Below are positions 7,800 to 17,718 of a stretch of DNA of 55,717 bases, piece by piece. The position numbers were made by a program, and so were the translations under genes. This DNA comes from a bacterium (GTDB taxonomy: Bacteria > Patescibacteriota > Patescibacteriia > Patescibacteriales > UBA12465): contig DAONEH010000004.1 of the NCBI GenBank assembly GCA_035402985.1, forward strand, positions 1-55,717, read 5' to 3'. How positions within the stretch are numbered: position 1 is the first letter of the stretch; each line of letters opens with the position of its first letter. Below the pieces are notes generated by a model that saw nothing but the letters and a program-made list of their open reading frames with translations, had not been told where the DNA came from and made no database searches.

Positions 7800-8777
7800 T
7801 TGAAGTATAGCAATTTGCTTATTTATTGTTATATTTTTCTGTTTATTTTTATGGCTAATATTGATGAAAATACAACCAAAATAATAAAAGAAAATCTGGA
7901 AAAGAAAGTAGTTCCAAAATTACAAAAAGAAATAGAAAAAGAAGTAGCCTTTAAATTAAAAACTAAAGATCCGGGAGAAATACTTTCTAATTTAGATCCT
8001 AATGTCAGAAATCAATTAGAACAATTAACTGAAGATAGTCAACCAGTTATTCCTAAAAATCAATTAAATAAAGAAAATAATAATGAATTAGGTGATTATA
8101 GAAATAATAATCAAGTTGATTTAAATAAGCAAATTCAAAAAGAAGCTGAATTAAATAAAGATAAGAAACAATCAGCTAATGTTCTTTCAAAGAAGTCCGA
8201 TGGTTTAACAAGTAATTTAGAGAGGAATACAAAACCCTTACCAGTTATTTCGTCTGAAAAAAAAGATAATACTGATAAATCATCTGACGATAAATCAAAT
8301 CCTGAAGCACAGGCTAATGAACTGAGTTTACAGAAAAAAGCTAAGGTTAAAAATAATAATGATAAGTTTAAAGCTAAATTAAAAGGAAAGATATCAGGAG
8401 GTGTAAGTAGTATTAGGTTAGCTACTGATAATTTTTTAAAGAAATCAATTTTGTCTGCTATTCCTACTTTTACTGTTAGTTTAGTTTATGCCTATATTCA
8501 TGTTTTTCTTCATGCTGTTTTTCCAAAACTTTTTTGTTCTTTAGGTCAAGAATGGACACCTAGTAGTATGAAAAAAACTAGTCCAGAAGAAGCTGAAAAG
8601 ATAGGAAATAAAATAGGAATAGCTGAAAAACCAGCTGTAGGAGGTGCTTGTTTATCACAATTATTTCTTATTATTTTTATTATAATGGTTATTTATTGTA
8701 TTGTTCATCCTAAACAATTTGCTTGGGAATTTTTAAAAGATTTTGTAAAAAATGTATTAAATATAAAATACGAGTAG
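7800..8777 (+). CDS. Hypothetical membrane protein: N-terminal hydrophobic segment, Lys/Asn/Glu-rich middle, C-terminal two-TM hairpin
   Basis: 325-aa ORF. The start is uncertain: TTG 7800 lies almost at the predicted transcription start, and ATG 7850 is the alternative. C-terminal hydrophobic stretches: IPTFTVSLVYAYIHVFLHAVF and LSQLFLIIFIIMVIYCIV. Confidence 0.5.
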   Translation: MKYSNLLIYCYIFLFIFMANIDENTTKIIKENLEKKVVPKLQKEIEKEVAFKLKTKDPGEILSNLDPNVRNQLEQLTEDSQPVIPKNQLNKENNNELGDYRNNNQVDLNKQIQKEAELNKDKKQSANVLSKKSDGLTSNLERNTKPLPVISSEKKDNTDKSSDDKSNPEAQANELSLQKKAKVKNNNDKFKAKLKGKISGGVSSIRLATDNFLKKSILSAIPTFTVSLVYAYIHVFLHAVFPKLFCSLGQEWTPSSMKKTSPEEAEKIGNKIGIAEKPAVGGACLSQLFLIIFIIMVIYCIVHPKQFAWEFLKDFVKNVLNIKYE

Positions 8778-8799
8778 TATATTTTAAAAATTTATATCA

Positions 8800-11502
8800 A
8801 TGAAAATATTTTTTTCAAAACATAAAAAAAAGATTGCTCTGTTACTAAGTTTATCTGTAGTGACAGTTTTATTTTTTTATCCTAATATTACTTTAGCTAA
8901 TGGTAATGCTGTTTCTACAGTTGTTGGTTGGATTTTAATTCCGATTATTAGTTTAGTTAGTAAATTAGCTATATTATTTTTAGATTTATTAGTAGGTTTA
9001 GCTCAATATAATAATTTTATTGGTTCTTCGGCTGTTTCTTATGGTTGGATAGTAGTACGTGATTTATGTAATATGTTTTTTGTTCTTATATTACTTATTA
9101 TTGCTTTTGCTAGTATTTTAAGAATAGAAAATTATAATCTAAAAACTTGGTTACCGAAATTAGTTATTATGGCTATTCTTATCAATTTTTCTAAAATGAT
9201 TTGCGGAGTTTTAATTGATTTTGCTCAAGTTATAATGTTAACTTTTATAAACGCTATAAAGGATATTGCGGGAGGAAATATGACTGAAATGTTAGGTATT
9301 AATAAAATTGTAGTAAATAGTAAAACTGTTTCAAATGATGATATTGTAAACCCAAGTTCTATTGTTGGATCATTGTTTTTAGCTTTAATTATGGTAATTA
9401 TAGCTATGGTTGTCATTTTAGTAATATTGATTACATTGGTTATGCGTATGGTTATGCTTTGGATCTATATTGTTCTTTCTCCTCTAGCTTACCTATTAGC
9501 TTCTTTTCCTCAAGGAGCTTCCTATTCTCAAAGATGGTGGTCTGATTTTTCAAAGAATTTAATTGTTGGTCCAATATTAGCTTTCTTTTTATGGTTATCT
9601 TTTGCTTCTATGGGTAGTATTAATAGTTCAACTGATATTGAGGCTATGAAAACAAAAAATAATATTGATAGTGAATCAGGTGAAGTATCTAGTTCTACAT
9701 CTAATGATTTAGCAGCAGCCGCTACTCAAGCTGGATCAAAAGACAATATGATTCTTTTTATAGTTTCTATTGGAATGTTATTAGGTGGACTTATGATTTC
9801 TCAAGAAATGGGTGGTATTGCTGGTAAGGTTGCTGGAACAGCTATGGCTAAATTACAAAGTGCTGGTACTGGAACCCTAAAATTAGCTAAAAGAGCTACC
9901 GGAATACAACGAGCTCAAGATGCTATTAAATCTTATAGACAAGATCGACAATCTTTGAGAGCAGAAAGAGCTAAATCTGATGGTAAACTTATTGCAAAAG
10001 GTGTTGGTGGAATTAAAAAAGGAATTACTGCTTTACCTAATGCCGCTGGTAAAGGTTTAACAAATATAATTAAAGGTAGTGCTTCTCAAAAAAATATAGA
10101 TAAGACTAGAAAAGAAATTGAGGGTAATAGAGAGAAGAAAATGAAATTAGAAAACTTAAAAGTAGAAATAGAAAATTTTGAAAAAAATAATCCAGGTTTG
10201 AACAAGATGAAGGAAAAGAATGGAGAGATAGCTGATATTGAAAGAAGATTTGAACGTGGTGATATAAATCAAGATCAAGCAGAGAAAGAATTTAAAGAAG
10301 TTAATGAAAAATATAATAAAGATAAAGAATATTTAGAAGCTAAAGAAAAAGAACCAATGCTTAATAAACAAAAAGAAGCTTTTGCTAAAGAATATAATGA
10401 GATAACTGGTAAAGGAGTAAAAAGTGTTTCTATTGATGAAATTAAAGGAGATATTGATGAAAAAGAAACAAATATTAAAACAAGCGGAGAAGTATTAAAA
10501 GGAAAAATGGAAAAAGCTAAAAATATCGATCAAGTATTTGGTGTTGTTGGTAATATTCTTACTCTTGGTTTAAAAGATAAAATTAAACATGCGGGAGAAA
10601 AAGATTTAGATACGGCTTCTAATTATAATAGTTCTGAAATTGAAAAACATAAAGGTAAAATGAAAAACTATAGTGAAGATAAATTAAGAGAAAAGATGAA
10701 TGATTATTCTTTAAGTGGTCATGAAAGAAGTGCTGCGGCTATGATTTTAATGGAGCAAGGTAAATTAACTCAAGAAGAAGCTGAATTTGAAAAAGAAACA
10801 ATTACTAATAAATATACTGGAGCTTTTGGTAAAGATAATAATGTTATGGCTCAATTAGAAAGTTCTTTAAATAGTAATTATCAAGGTTTAACAAAACTTT
10901 TTACTGATTTAAAAAATACTTTAAAGCCAATTAGTGGTGAAACAGATGAACAAAAAAGAGATCGAGAAGCTAAACATGAGGCTACAAAAAATAAAATTGT
11001 TAAAGGCATTGTTAATGGAACTATAAAGATCGAAGATATAAACGATCAAGAATCTTTAGATTTAATTATGCCTAAGTTAGCTGATACAATTGCTCCAGCA
11101 AATTTTAAAGCAATGGTTGGTCGACAAACAGCTGGACAAAAAACTAAGTTAGAATTAGCTTTAAAAACTGTTGGGGAAGATCCTTCTATACAAAATAAAG
11201 GAGCTCGATTTCAATTAGCTAATTTAAAGAAAAATTTAAATTCACTTAATGATTATGAAAAAGAAGAATATATTTCAAAGATTAGTCAAGAACAGATGAT
11301 AGATTTAACATCTTCAACTGAAGGATTAAATAGTTTAAAAGAATTTTTTAGAGAAACTGGTCGTTTAAAACAATTTCAAGAAATGGATAGCGAGACCTTG
11401 GGAGAGGCATTAAGTAAAATTACAAAAAATATGAAATTTAATAATGGTCCAATTTCTAGAGGCATATTAGATAATATTATAGGAAATATTAAAGAAGATT
11501 AA
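8800..11502 (+). CDS. Polytopic membrane protein, VirB6/TrbL-like N-terminal half, with a ~500-aa charged coiled-coil C-terminal extension
   Basis: Signal-like N-terminus, then about 6-8 hydrophobic helices (residues ~40-340) as in VirB6/TrbL/PrgH-type T4SS channel subunits. It then becomes K/E-rich and low-complexity. Sits in a cluster with PrgI-like and VirB4-like genes. Confidence 0.5.
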   Translation: MKIFFSKHKKKIALLLSLSVVTVLFFYPNITLANGNAVSTVVGWILIPIISLVSKLAILFLDLLVGLAQYNNFIGSSAVSYGWIVVRDLCNMFFVLILLIIAFASILRIENYNLKTWLPKLVIMAILINFSKMICGVLIDFAQVIMLTFINAIKDIAGGNMTEMLGINKIVVNSKTVSNDDIVNPSSIVGSLFLALIMVIIAMVVILVILITLVMRMVMLWIYIVLSPLAYLLASFPQGASYSQRWWSDFSKNLIVGPILAFFLWLSFASMGSINSSTDIEAMKTKNNIDSESGEVSSSTSNDLAAAATQAGSKDNMILFIVSIGMLLGGLMISQEMGGIAGKVAGTAMAKLQSAGTGTLKLAKRATGIQRAQDAIKSYRQDRQSLRAERAKSDGKLIAKGVGGIKKGITALPNAAGKGLTNIIKGSASQKNIDKTRKEIEGNREKKMKLENLKVEIENFEKNNPGLNKMKEKNGEIADIERRFERGDINQDQAEKEFKEVNEKYNKDKEYLEAKEKEPMLNKQKEAFAKEYNEITGKGVKSVSIDEIKGDIDEKETNIKTSGEVLKGKMEKAKNIDQVFGVVGNILTLGLKDKIKHAGEKDLDTASNYNSSEIEKHKGKMKNYSEDKLREKMNDYSLSGHERSAAAMILMEQGKLTQEEAEFEKETITNKYTGAFGKDNNVMAQLESSLNSNYQGLTKLFTDLKNTLKPISGETDEQKRDREAKHEATKNKIVKGIVNGTIKIEDINDQESLDLIMPKLADTIAPANFKAMVGRQTAGQKTKLELALKTVGEDPSIQNKGARFQLANLKKNLNSLNDYEKEEYISKISQEQMIDLTSSTEGLNSLKEFFRETGRLKQFQEMDSETLGEALSKITKNMKFNNGPISRGILDNIIGNIKED

Positions 11503-11513
11503 TAAAATATTAT

Positions 11514-12695
11514 ATGGACGAAAAGATATCACAATTTTTACAGAAAATAAATGCTTTACCAGAAGAAGTAAGTCTTTATTTTTCTTCTGATTTAAGTATT
11601 AAATCTACTGAAGAATTATTAGCTGATTATAATATAGACCAAGAGGCTATTGATGATATAATTCGTGATTTTTTTGTAAGTGATTTTTCTATTGATGAAT
11701 TAGAAAAAAGTATTGCTTTAAAAATTGATAATAAAAATAATATTAATAATTTTATTAATGATTTTTTAGGAAAATTATTCTTACCAGTTGCTTCTTTCGT
11801 TAATGCTAAGATTGAAGATGCTATAAAAAAACATCAAGGAAATATTGAAGAATATAAAAATTATGTTAATGACTTTTTTGATTTAATTGAGGATAAAAAT
11901 TTTGATGAATTAGGTGATTTTGTTAAAGATCTAGAAGAAAAAATTGATTTTAAAGAAGAAGAAGCTTTAGTTTTAAATTTTTTAGGAACAAATTTAGTTG
12001 AAGTTTTAAAAAATAATGATTCTTCCGGAGCTATTAAAATTAATGGTTCCGCCCTATATCTATTAGCTAACAGAGAAGATTGTTTAGAAAAATTTATTAA
12101 AGCTTTTTTATCTAATTCGGAAAAGATTTCTTCTAAAAATATTCTTATTGATAATCGTGAACAAGAACCAACTATTGCTAATTGGATTAAACATTTTGTA
12201 AAAGAAAATAGTAGTGAAATTTTTAGTAATATTGTTTTAGCTAAATATCTGATTTCACCAACAGTTGTCGCTTTATTAAATGATGATGAAAAAAAATTAC
12301 TTAGAAAAGTTTTAAAATTATATCGTAATTTAGTATTCTTTCCTGAATCAATGGCTAATATTCCAATTAATGATTGGGAAATAATTCCAATTGATCGTGA
12401 TGCTGATTTTTTAAAAAACAAAGAAGATGTAAAACAAAAAATAGATAAATTTAATAATCAAAAAGAAGAGAAAGAATTAAAAGTTGAAGATAAAAAAGAT
12501 ATAGAACCAATTAAAAAAATAATTGATCAACCAGCTAAAACTCCGGAGCTTCCTAAAACGGAAGATATAAAATTAATGGATTTAAAGAATAAAGAATTAC
12601 AAGAATTAGAAGAATTATTATTAAAATATCCAGAAAAAAGTTTAGAACGTAAAGTTATTAATACCGAAATAAAAAAAATAAATAAAAAGAAATAA
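11514..12695 (+). CDS. Hypothetical acidic/Lys-rich protein
   Basis: 393-aa ORF tightly packed in the cluster. No motif recognised. Confidence 0.5.
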   Translation: MDEKISQFLQKINALPEEVSLYFSSDLSIKSTEELLADYNIDQEAIDDIIRDFFVSDFSIDELEKSIALKIDNKNNINNFINDFLGKLFLPVASFVNAKIEDAIKKHQGNIEEYKNYVNDFFDLIEDKNFDELGDFVKDLEEKIDFKEEEALVLNFLGTNLVEVLKNNDSSGAIKINGSALYLLANREDCLEKFIKAFLSNSEKISSKNILIDNREQEPTIANWIKHFVKENSSEIFSNIVLAKYLISPTVVALLNDDEKKLLRKVLKLYRNLVFFPESMANIPINDWEIIPIDRDADFLKNKEDVKQKIDKFNNQKEEKELKVEDKKDIEPIKKIIDQPAKTPELPKTEDIKLMDLKNKELQELEELLLKYPEKSLERKVINTEIKKINKKK

Positions 12696-12697
12696 AT

Positions 12698-13963
12698 ATG
12701 TTTGATTATTTAGATAAATTTAATAAATTAAACCCTAATTTGAAATCAGCTGTTTCTAACCCTCAAGTTATAAGTATAATTGAGAACTTAGAAGCAGAAT
12801 TTAATGTTGATTTAGCTTCTTTGATTATGAAAATTATGATCAAAGAAATTGATGTTAATAGATTACCTTTAATCATTTCAAGTGAATTTAATTTGGATCA
12901 AGATAAATCTAAATTATTAGCTCAAAAAATAACAGAAGAAATTTTAATTAAAGTAGCTGATTATTTATCATTAGATAAACCAAAAGTTAATACTCCGAAA
13001 GTTGATATTTTAAAAGTTGATACTCCGATTAATCCAGTTTCAGCTGAGGTTATAAAAATATTAAATTTAAATTTTAAAAGTGATGATAGTAAAAGTCGTT
13101 TTTTATCAGTATTAGATAAATATATTATTGGAGTTAAAGATCGTTTTTCAGTTCGCCAAATTTTAATAAGAGATGTTAGTGAAGGTGGTTTTGGTTTGCC
13201 TGACAAAATGGTTGATAATATTTTTATGGTGGCTTCTTCTATTGCCGATAAAAATGGTAGTAAAATTAAACAAGATTTAAAAGTTGAACCTGATATTTTA
13301 AGAAAAATAGAAAGATTGGGTCATGGTCAAATTAGTTCCGGAAATAAACCTAAACTTTTACCAGAAAAAGAAGAAGTTTTAGAATTAGCTCCAGTTGAAT
13401 CAATTCCTAAACTAGAAGAAAAACCAGAAAATTTAAAAGCGGTGTTTGAAGATTTAAAAAAGATTAATGAAAAAGAAGAGACCCATAAAGAAGTTCCTGT
13501 TGAACCTATTAAAGTAGAGGAAACTAAATTAACTCCGCCACCGCTAGTAAAACCAGAAGCACCAAAGACTAAACCGATAATTAATATGCCAGTAAGTGGT
13601 AATGGAAAAATAAAAATGTCTGATGTTAAAAAAATAACAATTACTGGTCCGATTGATGAATTAAAATTTATGAATTTAGTTAATTTTCGTCGTTTAGCTT
13701 CTAATCCGGACGAAGCTTTCCTAAATATCAAACAAAAATTAAAGAATTTAGAAAATATTGATTATGGTAAAATGCTTGAAGGTATTAAAGCTTGGCGACA
13801 GAATCCTATTAATCGTTTATACTTAAAAATATTTTCTCAAGCTAGTAATGAAGGAATGAGTATAAATCAAGTTATTGAAAAATTAAAGAATTCCGGACAA
13901 GATTATTTAACCTATGAAGAAATTGAAGCTTTAATAAAGTTTAATCGTAGTTTAATGTTTTAA
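12698..13963 (+). CDS. Hypothetical protein with a Pro/Lys/Val-rich repetitive linker
   Basis: 421-aa ORF starting 3 nt after the previous gene. Contains KPKVNTPKVDILKVDTP and PPPLVKPEAPKTKP tracts. Confidence 0.5.
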   Translation: MFDYLDKFNKLNPNLKSAVSNPQVISIIENLEAEFNVDLASLIMKIMIKEIDVNRLPLIISSEFNLDQDKSKLLAQKITEEILIKVADYLSLDKPKVNTPKVDILKVDTPINPVSAEVIKILNLNFKSDDSKSRFLSVLDKYIIGVKDRFSVRQILIRDVSEGGFGLPDKMVDNIFMVASSIADKNGSKIKQDLKVEPDILRKIERLGHGQISSGNKPKLLPEKEEVLELAPVESIPKLEEKPENLKAVFEDLKKINEKEETHKEVPVEPIKVEETKLTPPPLVKPEAPKTKPIINMPVSGNGKIKMSDVKKITITGPIDELKFMNLVNFRRLASNPDEAFLNIKQKLKNLENIDYGKMLEGIKAWRQNPINRLYLKIFSQASNEGMSINQVIEKLKNSGQDYLTYEEIEALIKFNRSLMF

Positions 13964-13971
13964 TTATTTTT

Positions 13972-14421
13972 ATGCAGCAATTTACTGTTCCACAATTTAT
14001 TGATGTTGAACCTAAAATTATTGGTCCGATAACTACCAGACAGTTTTTAATTTTTTTAGCAGCAGCTTTATTAATATTTTTATGCTATAAACTACTAGAT
14101 TTTACTTCTTTTGTAATTGTTGGTGTATTTATATTTGCTTTATCTGGTGTTTTTGCTTTTTTGAAGATTAATGGTCGACCTTTTCATTTTTTTTTATTGA
14201 ATCTATTTCAAACTTTCAAAAAACCAGCTCTTAGAGTTTGGAATCATAAAGCTATTACTTTAGAAAATAAAGAAGAAAAAGAAATTGAATACGAAAAAAT
14301 TCTACCACCGGATAAATATTTTGCTGCTCAAAAATTAGCCGAATTATCTTTAATTGTTGATACTAAAGGAAGATATAAAGGGGAAGATAGTAGCTCTATC
14401 GAAGTTGATAATAATTATTAA
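13972..14421 (+). CDS. PrgI-family (VirB3-like) small T4SS membrane protein
   Basis: The N-terminus MQQFTVPQFIDVEPKIIGPITTRQFLIF, followed by two TM helices, matches the PrgI family signature. It lies immediately upstream of VirB4, as in Gram-positive T4SS loci. Confidence 0.65.
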   Translation: MQQFTVPQFIDVEPKIIGPITTRQFLIFLAAALLIFLCYKLLDFTSFVIVGVFIFALSGVFAFLKINGRPFHFFLLNLFQTFKKPALRVWNHKAITLENKEEKEIEYEKILPPDKYFAAQKLAELSLIVDTKGRYKGEDSSSIEVDNNY

Positions 14422-14432
14422 ATACAAATTTC

Positions 14433-15113
14433 ATGGCTCAAAGTACAGTAAAGAAAAAAAATAATAATGTTTCTACTCAACAGTATTTAGATATTTTAGA
14501 AATAAAAGATGATACTGTTATTATGCGAAATGGAACTATTCGAGCAGTTTTAGAAGTGTCTAGTATTAATTTTGCTTTAAAAAGTGAAGAGGAACAAAAT
14601 GCTATTATTTCTTCTTATGTTAGTTTTTTAAATAATATTAGTACTCCTATTCAAATTGTTGTTCAATCGCGTGATTTAAATATTGATAATTATATTGAAT
14701 ATTTAAAAACTAAAGAAAGAGAACAAACTAATCGATTATTAAAACTTCAAACCGGAGAATATATTGAATATATAAAAGAATTAGTTTCTATGGGAAAGAT
14801 TATGAATAAAAGATTCTTTGTCGTTATCCCTTATAGTCCTTTAACTGATAAACATAAAGGTTTTTTTGCTCAATTATCAGAAGCTTTTAAACCAGCCACA
14901 GTTTTAAAATTAAAAGAAGCTAAATTTTTAAGATATAAAGAAAATTTAATGCGTCGAGTTGATAGTGTTTTTTCCGCTTTATTATCTATTGGAGTTGATG
15001 TTAAAATGTTAAATACACAAAAATTAATTGAACTTTATTATAATACTTATAATCCCGAAACAGTTAAAAATCAAACCTTAGCTGATATTAATAGTATTCA
15101 AGTTGAACAATAA
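14433..15113 (+). CDS. VirB4/TraC-family N-terminal domain encoded as a separate ORF
   Basis: QQYLDILEIKDDTVIMRNGTIRAVLEVSSINFALKSEEEQNAIISSYVSFLNNISTPIQIVVQS resembles the N-terminal domain of Gram-positive VirB4-type ATPases. Confidence 0.55.
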   Translation: MAQSTVKKKNNNVSTQQYLDILEIKDDTVIMRNGTIRAVLEVSSINFALKSEEEQNAIISSYVSFLNNISTPIQIVVQSRDLNIDNYIEYLKTKEREQTNRLLKLQTGEYIEYIKELVSMGKIMNKRFFVVIPYSPLTDKHKGFFAQLSEAFKPATVLKLKEAKFLRYKENLMRRVDSVFSALLSIGVDVKMLNTQKLIELYYNTYNPETVKNQTLADINSIQVEQ

Positions 15114-17031
15114 ATTATATAATATGATAAATTTAAAAAAACAATTAGATATATCTGATTCTAAAAGTAAAAAGAAAGGATTATTAGAAGAAGAATTAAA
15201 AAAAGCCGGTATTAATGAAGAGGAATTTGAATCAACTAAAGAATTAATTGAAGAAGAACGAGCTTTTCGTCAAGGTATTTTATCGGTTCGTGATTTAATT
15301 TCTCCAGCTAGTTTAAAAATTGATTCTACTTTTTTACAATTAGGTCAAAAATTTTTAAGAACTATTTTTGTTATAAGTTACCCTCGTTATATTAGTGTTG
15401 GTTGGTTTGCTCCTATTATTAATTTAAATGAATGTTTTGATGTTTCTATGTTTTTTTATCCAGTTAAAAGTGCCATTATTTTAAAACAATTAAAAAATCG
15501 AGTCGGTAATTTAGAAGCTCAAATTGTCGGTGATAGTGAAAAAGGAGCTCCACGTGATCCGATTAGAGAAACTGCTTTACGAGATATTGAGTATTTAAGA
15601 GATTCTTTAACTCAAGGAACAGAAAAGTTTTTTCAATTTGGTTTATATATAACTATTTATGCTGATAATTTAGAAAGACTAGACAGATTATCTGATCAAG
15701 TTGAAGATATTTTTGGTTCACGTTTAGTTTATTCTAAGAGAGGTTTTTATCAAACAGAACAAGGATTTAATTCTACCCTGCCATTATGTAATGATGAATT
15801 ATATATTACTTTTAATATGAATTCATCACCGATATCATCTTCTTTTCCTTTTATTTCTAGTGAGTTAACTAGTGATAAAGGTATTTTATATGGTATTAAT
15901 CGACATAATAATAGTTTAATCTTATTTGATCGTTTTAGTTTGCAGAATGCTAATTCGGTGGTTTTTGCTACTTCTGGAGCTGGTAAAAGTTATTGTATTA
16001 AATTAGAGGTACTTAGATCTTTAATGATGGGAACTGATGTTATAATTATTGATCCTGAATATGAGTATAAATATTTATCGGAAGCTGTGGGAGGTACTTA
16101 TGTTAATATTTCTTTATCAAGTGATAGTAAAATTAATCCATTTGACTTGCCTCGATCAGTTGGAGGAGAAGCCAAACCGAAAGATATTATTCGTAGTGGT
16201 GTTATTACTTTAAAAGGTTTGGTTCGTTTAATGATTGGTAGTTTAAATCATGATGAAGATTCTGTGGTAGACCGAGCTTTACTGGAAACTTATGCTAAAA
16301 AAGATATTACACCCGATTCTGATTTAACTTCTATTGAACCACCGGTTTTATCAGACCTGCAACAAGTTTTAGAAGGGATGGAAGGTGGTAATGAATTAGC
16401 TTTACGTTTAAAAAAATATACTGAAGGAACTTTTGCTGGTTTATTAAATAGCTTAACTAATGTCGAAATGAATAATCAATTAGTTTGTTTTTCAGTACGT
16501 GACTTAGAAGATGAACTTCGCCCTATAGCTATTTATACTATTGTTAACTATATTTGGAATGTAGTTCGTAGTGAAACTAAAAAAAGAGTTTTAGTTATTG
16601 ATGAAGCCTGGTGGATGATGCAAAATGAAGATAGTGCTAAATTTATTTTTGCTTTAGTTAAACGTTGTCGTAAATATTATTTAGGTGTAACTACTATTAC
16701 TCAAGATGTTAATGACTTTTTAACCTCACCTTATGGTCAAGCGATCGTTAATAACTCTTCTTTACAAATTTTATTAAAACAATCTCCGGCCGCAATTGAT
16801 TTAGTTCAAAAAACATTTATGTTAACTGAAGGAGAGAAGTATTTATTATTAGAATGTGGTTTAGGTGAAGGAATTTTCTTTGCTGGTAATAAGCATGTGG
16901 CTATTAAAGTCGTAGCTTCCTATAGTGAAGATCAATTAATTACATCTGATCCTCGACAATTATTAGAAATTGAAGAAGCTAAAAAAGAATTTGCTCGTAA
17001 TATGGATCAAAATTCAGAAGAAACTGCTTAA
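15103..17031 (+). CDS. virB4: VirB4-like T4SS ATPase (central and ATPase domains)
   Basis: Walker A VVFATSGAGKSY and Walker B VLVIDEAWWMM, with the upstream YPRYISVGWFAPII region typical of VirB4/TraE. The ORF-track start is TTG 15103. ATG 15124 (MINLKK) lies 10 nt after the stop of the preceding ORF and is more likely. Confidence 0.8.
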   Translation: MNNKLYNMINLKKQLDISDSKSKKKGLLEEELKKAGINEEEFESTKELIEEERAFRQGILSVRDLISPASLKIDSTFLQLGQKFLRTIFVISYPRYISVGWFAPIINLNECFDVSMFFYPVKSAIILKQLKNRVGNLEAQIVGDSEKGAPRDPIRETALRDIEYLRDSLTQGTEKFFQFGLYITIYADNLERLDRLSDQVEDIFGSRLVYSKRGFYQTEQGFNSTLPLCNDELYITFNMNSSPISSSFPFISSELTSDKGILYGINRHNNSLILFDRFSLQNANSVVFATSGAGKSYCIKLEVLRSLMMGTDVIIIDPEYEYKYLSEAVGGTYVNISLSSDSKINPFDLPRSVGGEAKPKDIIRSGVITLKGLVRLMIGSLNHDEDSVVDRALLETYAKKDITPDSDLTSIEPPVLSDLQQVLEGMEGGNELALRLKKYTEGTFAGLLNSLTNVEMNNQLVCFSVRDLEDELRPIAIYTIVNYIWNVVRSETKKRVLVIDEAWWMMQNEDSAKFIFALVKRCRKYYLGVTTITQDVNDFLTSPYGQAIVNNSSLQILLKQSPAAIDLVQKTFMLTEGEKYLLLECGLGEGIFFAGNKHVAIKVVASYSEDQLITSDPRQLLEIEEAKKEFARNMDQNSEETA

Positions 17032-17077
17032 GATAAAATTAGATTTTTAAATAATAAATTAAAATTAATTTAAAAAT

Positions 17078-17695
17078 ATGTTTATACAAAATAAAAGAAA
17101 GCTAGGTATTTTTTTAATAGTAATTATTATTATAATAATAATTGTTGTTATCTTTTCAGTCTTCTTTAAAGGAACTAGTTTCAAAAATTTATTTAATAAT
17201 AAAACTACCGAGGAAACTAAAACTCCGGAAGAGCTATTTAATGATATGAAGGCTCAAACCGAAGCGGAAAAGGTCTATAGCTTTGATGAAACCGCTGAAA
17301 AAAATAGGGAGTGGAATCAAAATGACTTTAAACAAATTGCTCGATCTTTTGCCGAAAGATTTGGTTCTTATTCTAATCAATCTGATTATGGTAATATTGA
17401 AGACTTAAGGAGTTTAATGAGTTCAAGTATGAAAACTTGGGCTGATGAGTATGTGGCTGATTTAAAAGCTAATAGTAGTTCTAATAGTGCTTATAATGGT
17501 ATTATTACTAAAGCTTTGCTTGAACCTAAAATTGAAAATTTTGATTTAAATTCTAAACGAGTCGAAACTATAGTTTCAACTCAACGAGAAGAAGTTTCAA
17601 CTGATGGTCAGAATAAAAATTTTAAACAGGATATAAAAATAGTTTTTATTTTAGAAAACGGGGAATGGTTAATTGATAGTGCTACTTGGTTGTAG
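17078..17695 (+). CDS. Hypothetical bitopic membrane protein (N-terminal TM plus ~170-aa extracytoplasmic domain), possible VirB8/TcpC-like component
   Basis: TM segment LGIFLIVIIIIIIIVVIFSVFF. The C-terminus (DIKIVFILENGEWLIDSATW) looks NTF2-like. The VirB8-like role rests on position only. Confidence 0.35.
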   Translation: MFIQNKRKLGIFLIVIIIIIIIVVIFSVFFKGTSFKNLFNNKTTEETKTPEELFNDMKAQTEAEKVYSFDETAEKNREWNQNDFKQIARSFAERFGSYSNQSDYGNIEDLRSLMSSSMKTWADEYVADLKANSSSNSAYNGIITKALLEPKIENFDLNSKRVETIVSTQREEVSTDGQNKNFKQDIKIVFILENGEWLIDSATWL

Positions 17696-17718
17696 TTTAT
17701 AAAATTTAAAATAAAAAT

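Noticed and set aside
11861-12421. 186-aa minus-strand ORF inside the 393-aa gene. The same applies to 9225-9416, 12961-13206, 13327-13731, 18426-18644, 18824-19042, 19565-19882, 21017-21301, 22598-22798, 25289-25522, 34154-34348, 36567-36761, 46135-46320, 48354-48539, 48992-49333, 50711-50896, 52628-52810, 1044-1226 and 1773-2003.
   Set aside because: All are antisense shadow ORFs fully embedded in long ORFs with clear family motifs or coherent operon packing. Their translations are low-complexity (S/K/F/I-rich), as expected from reading an AT-rich gene backwards.
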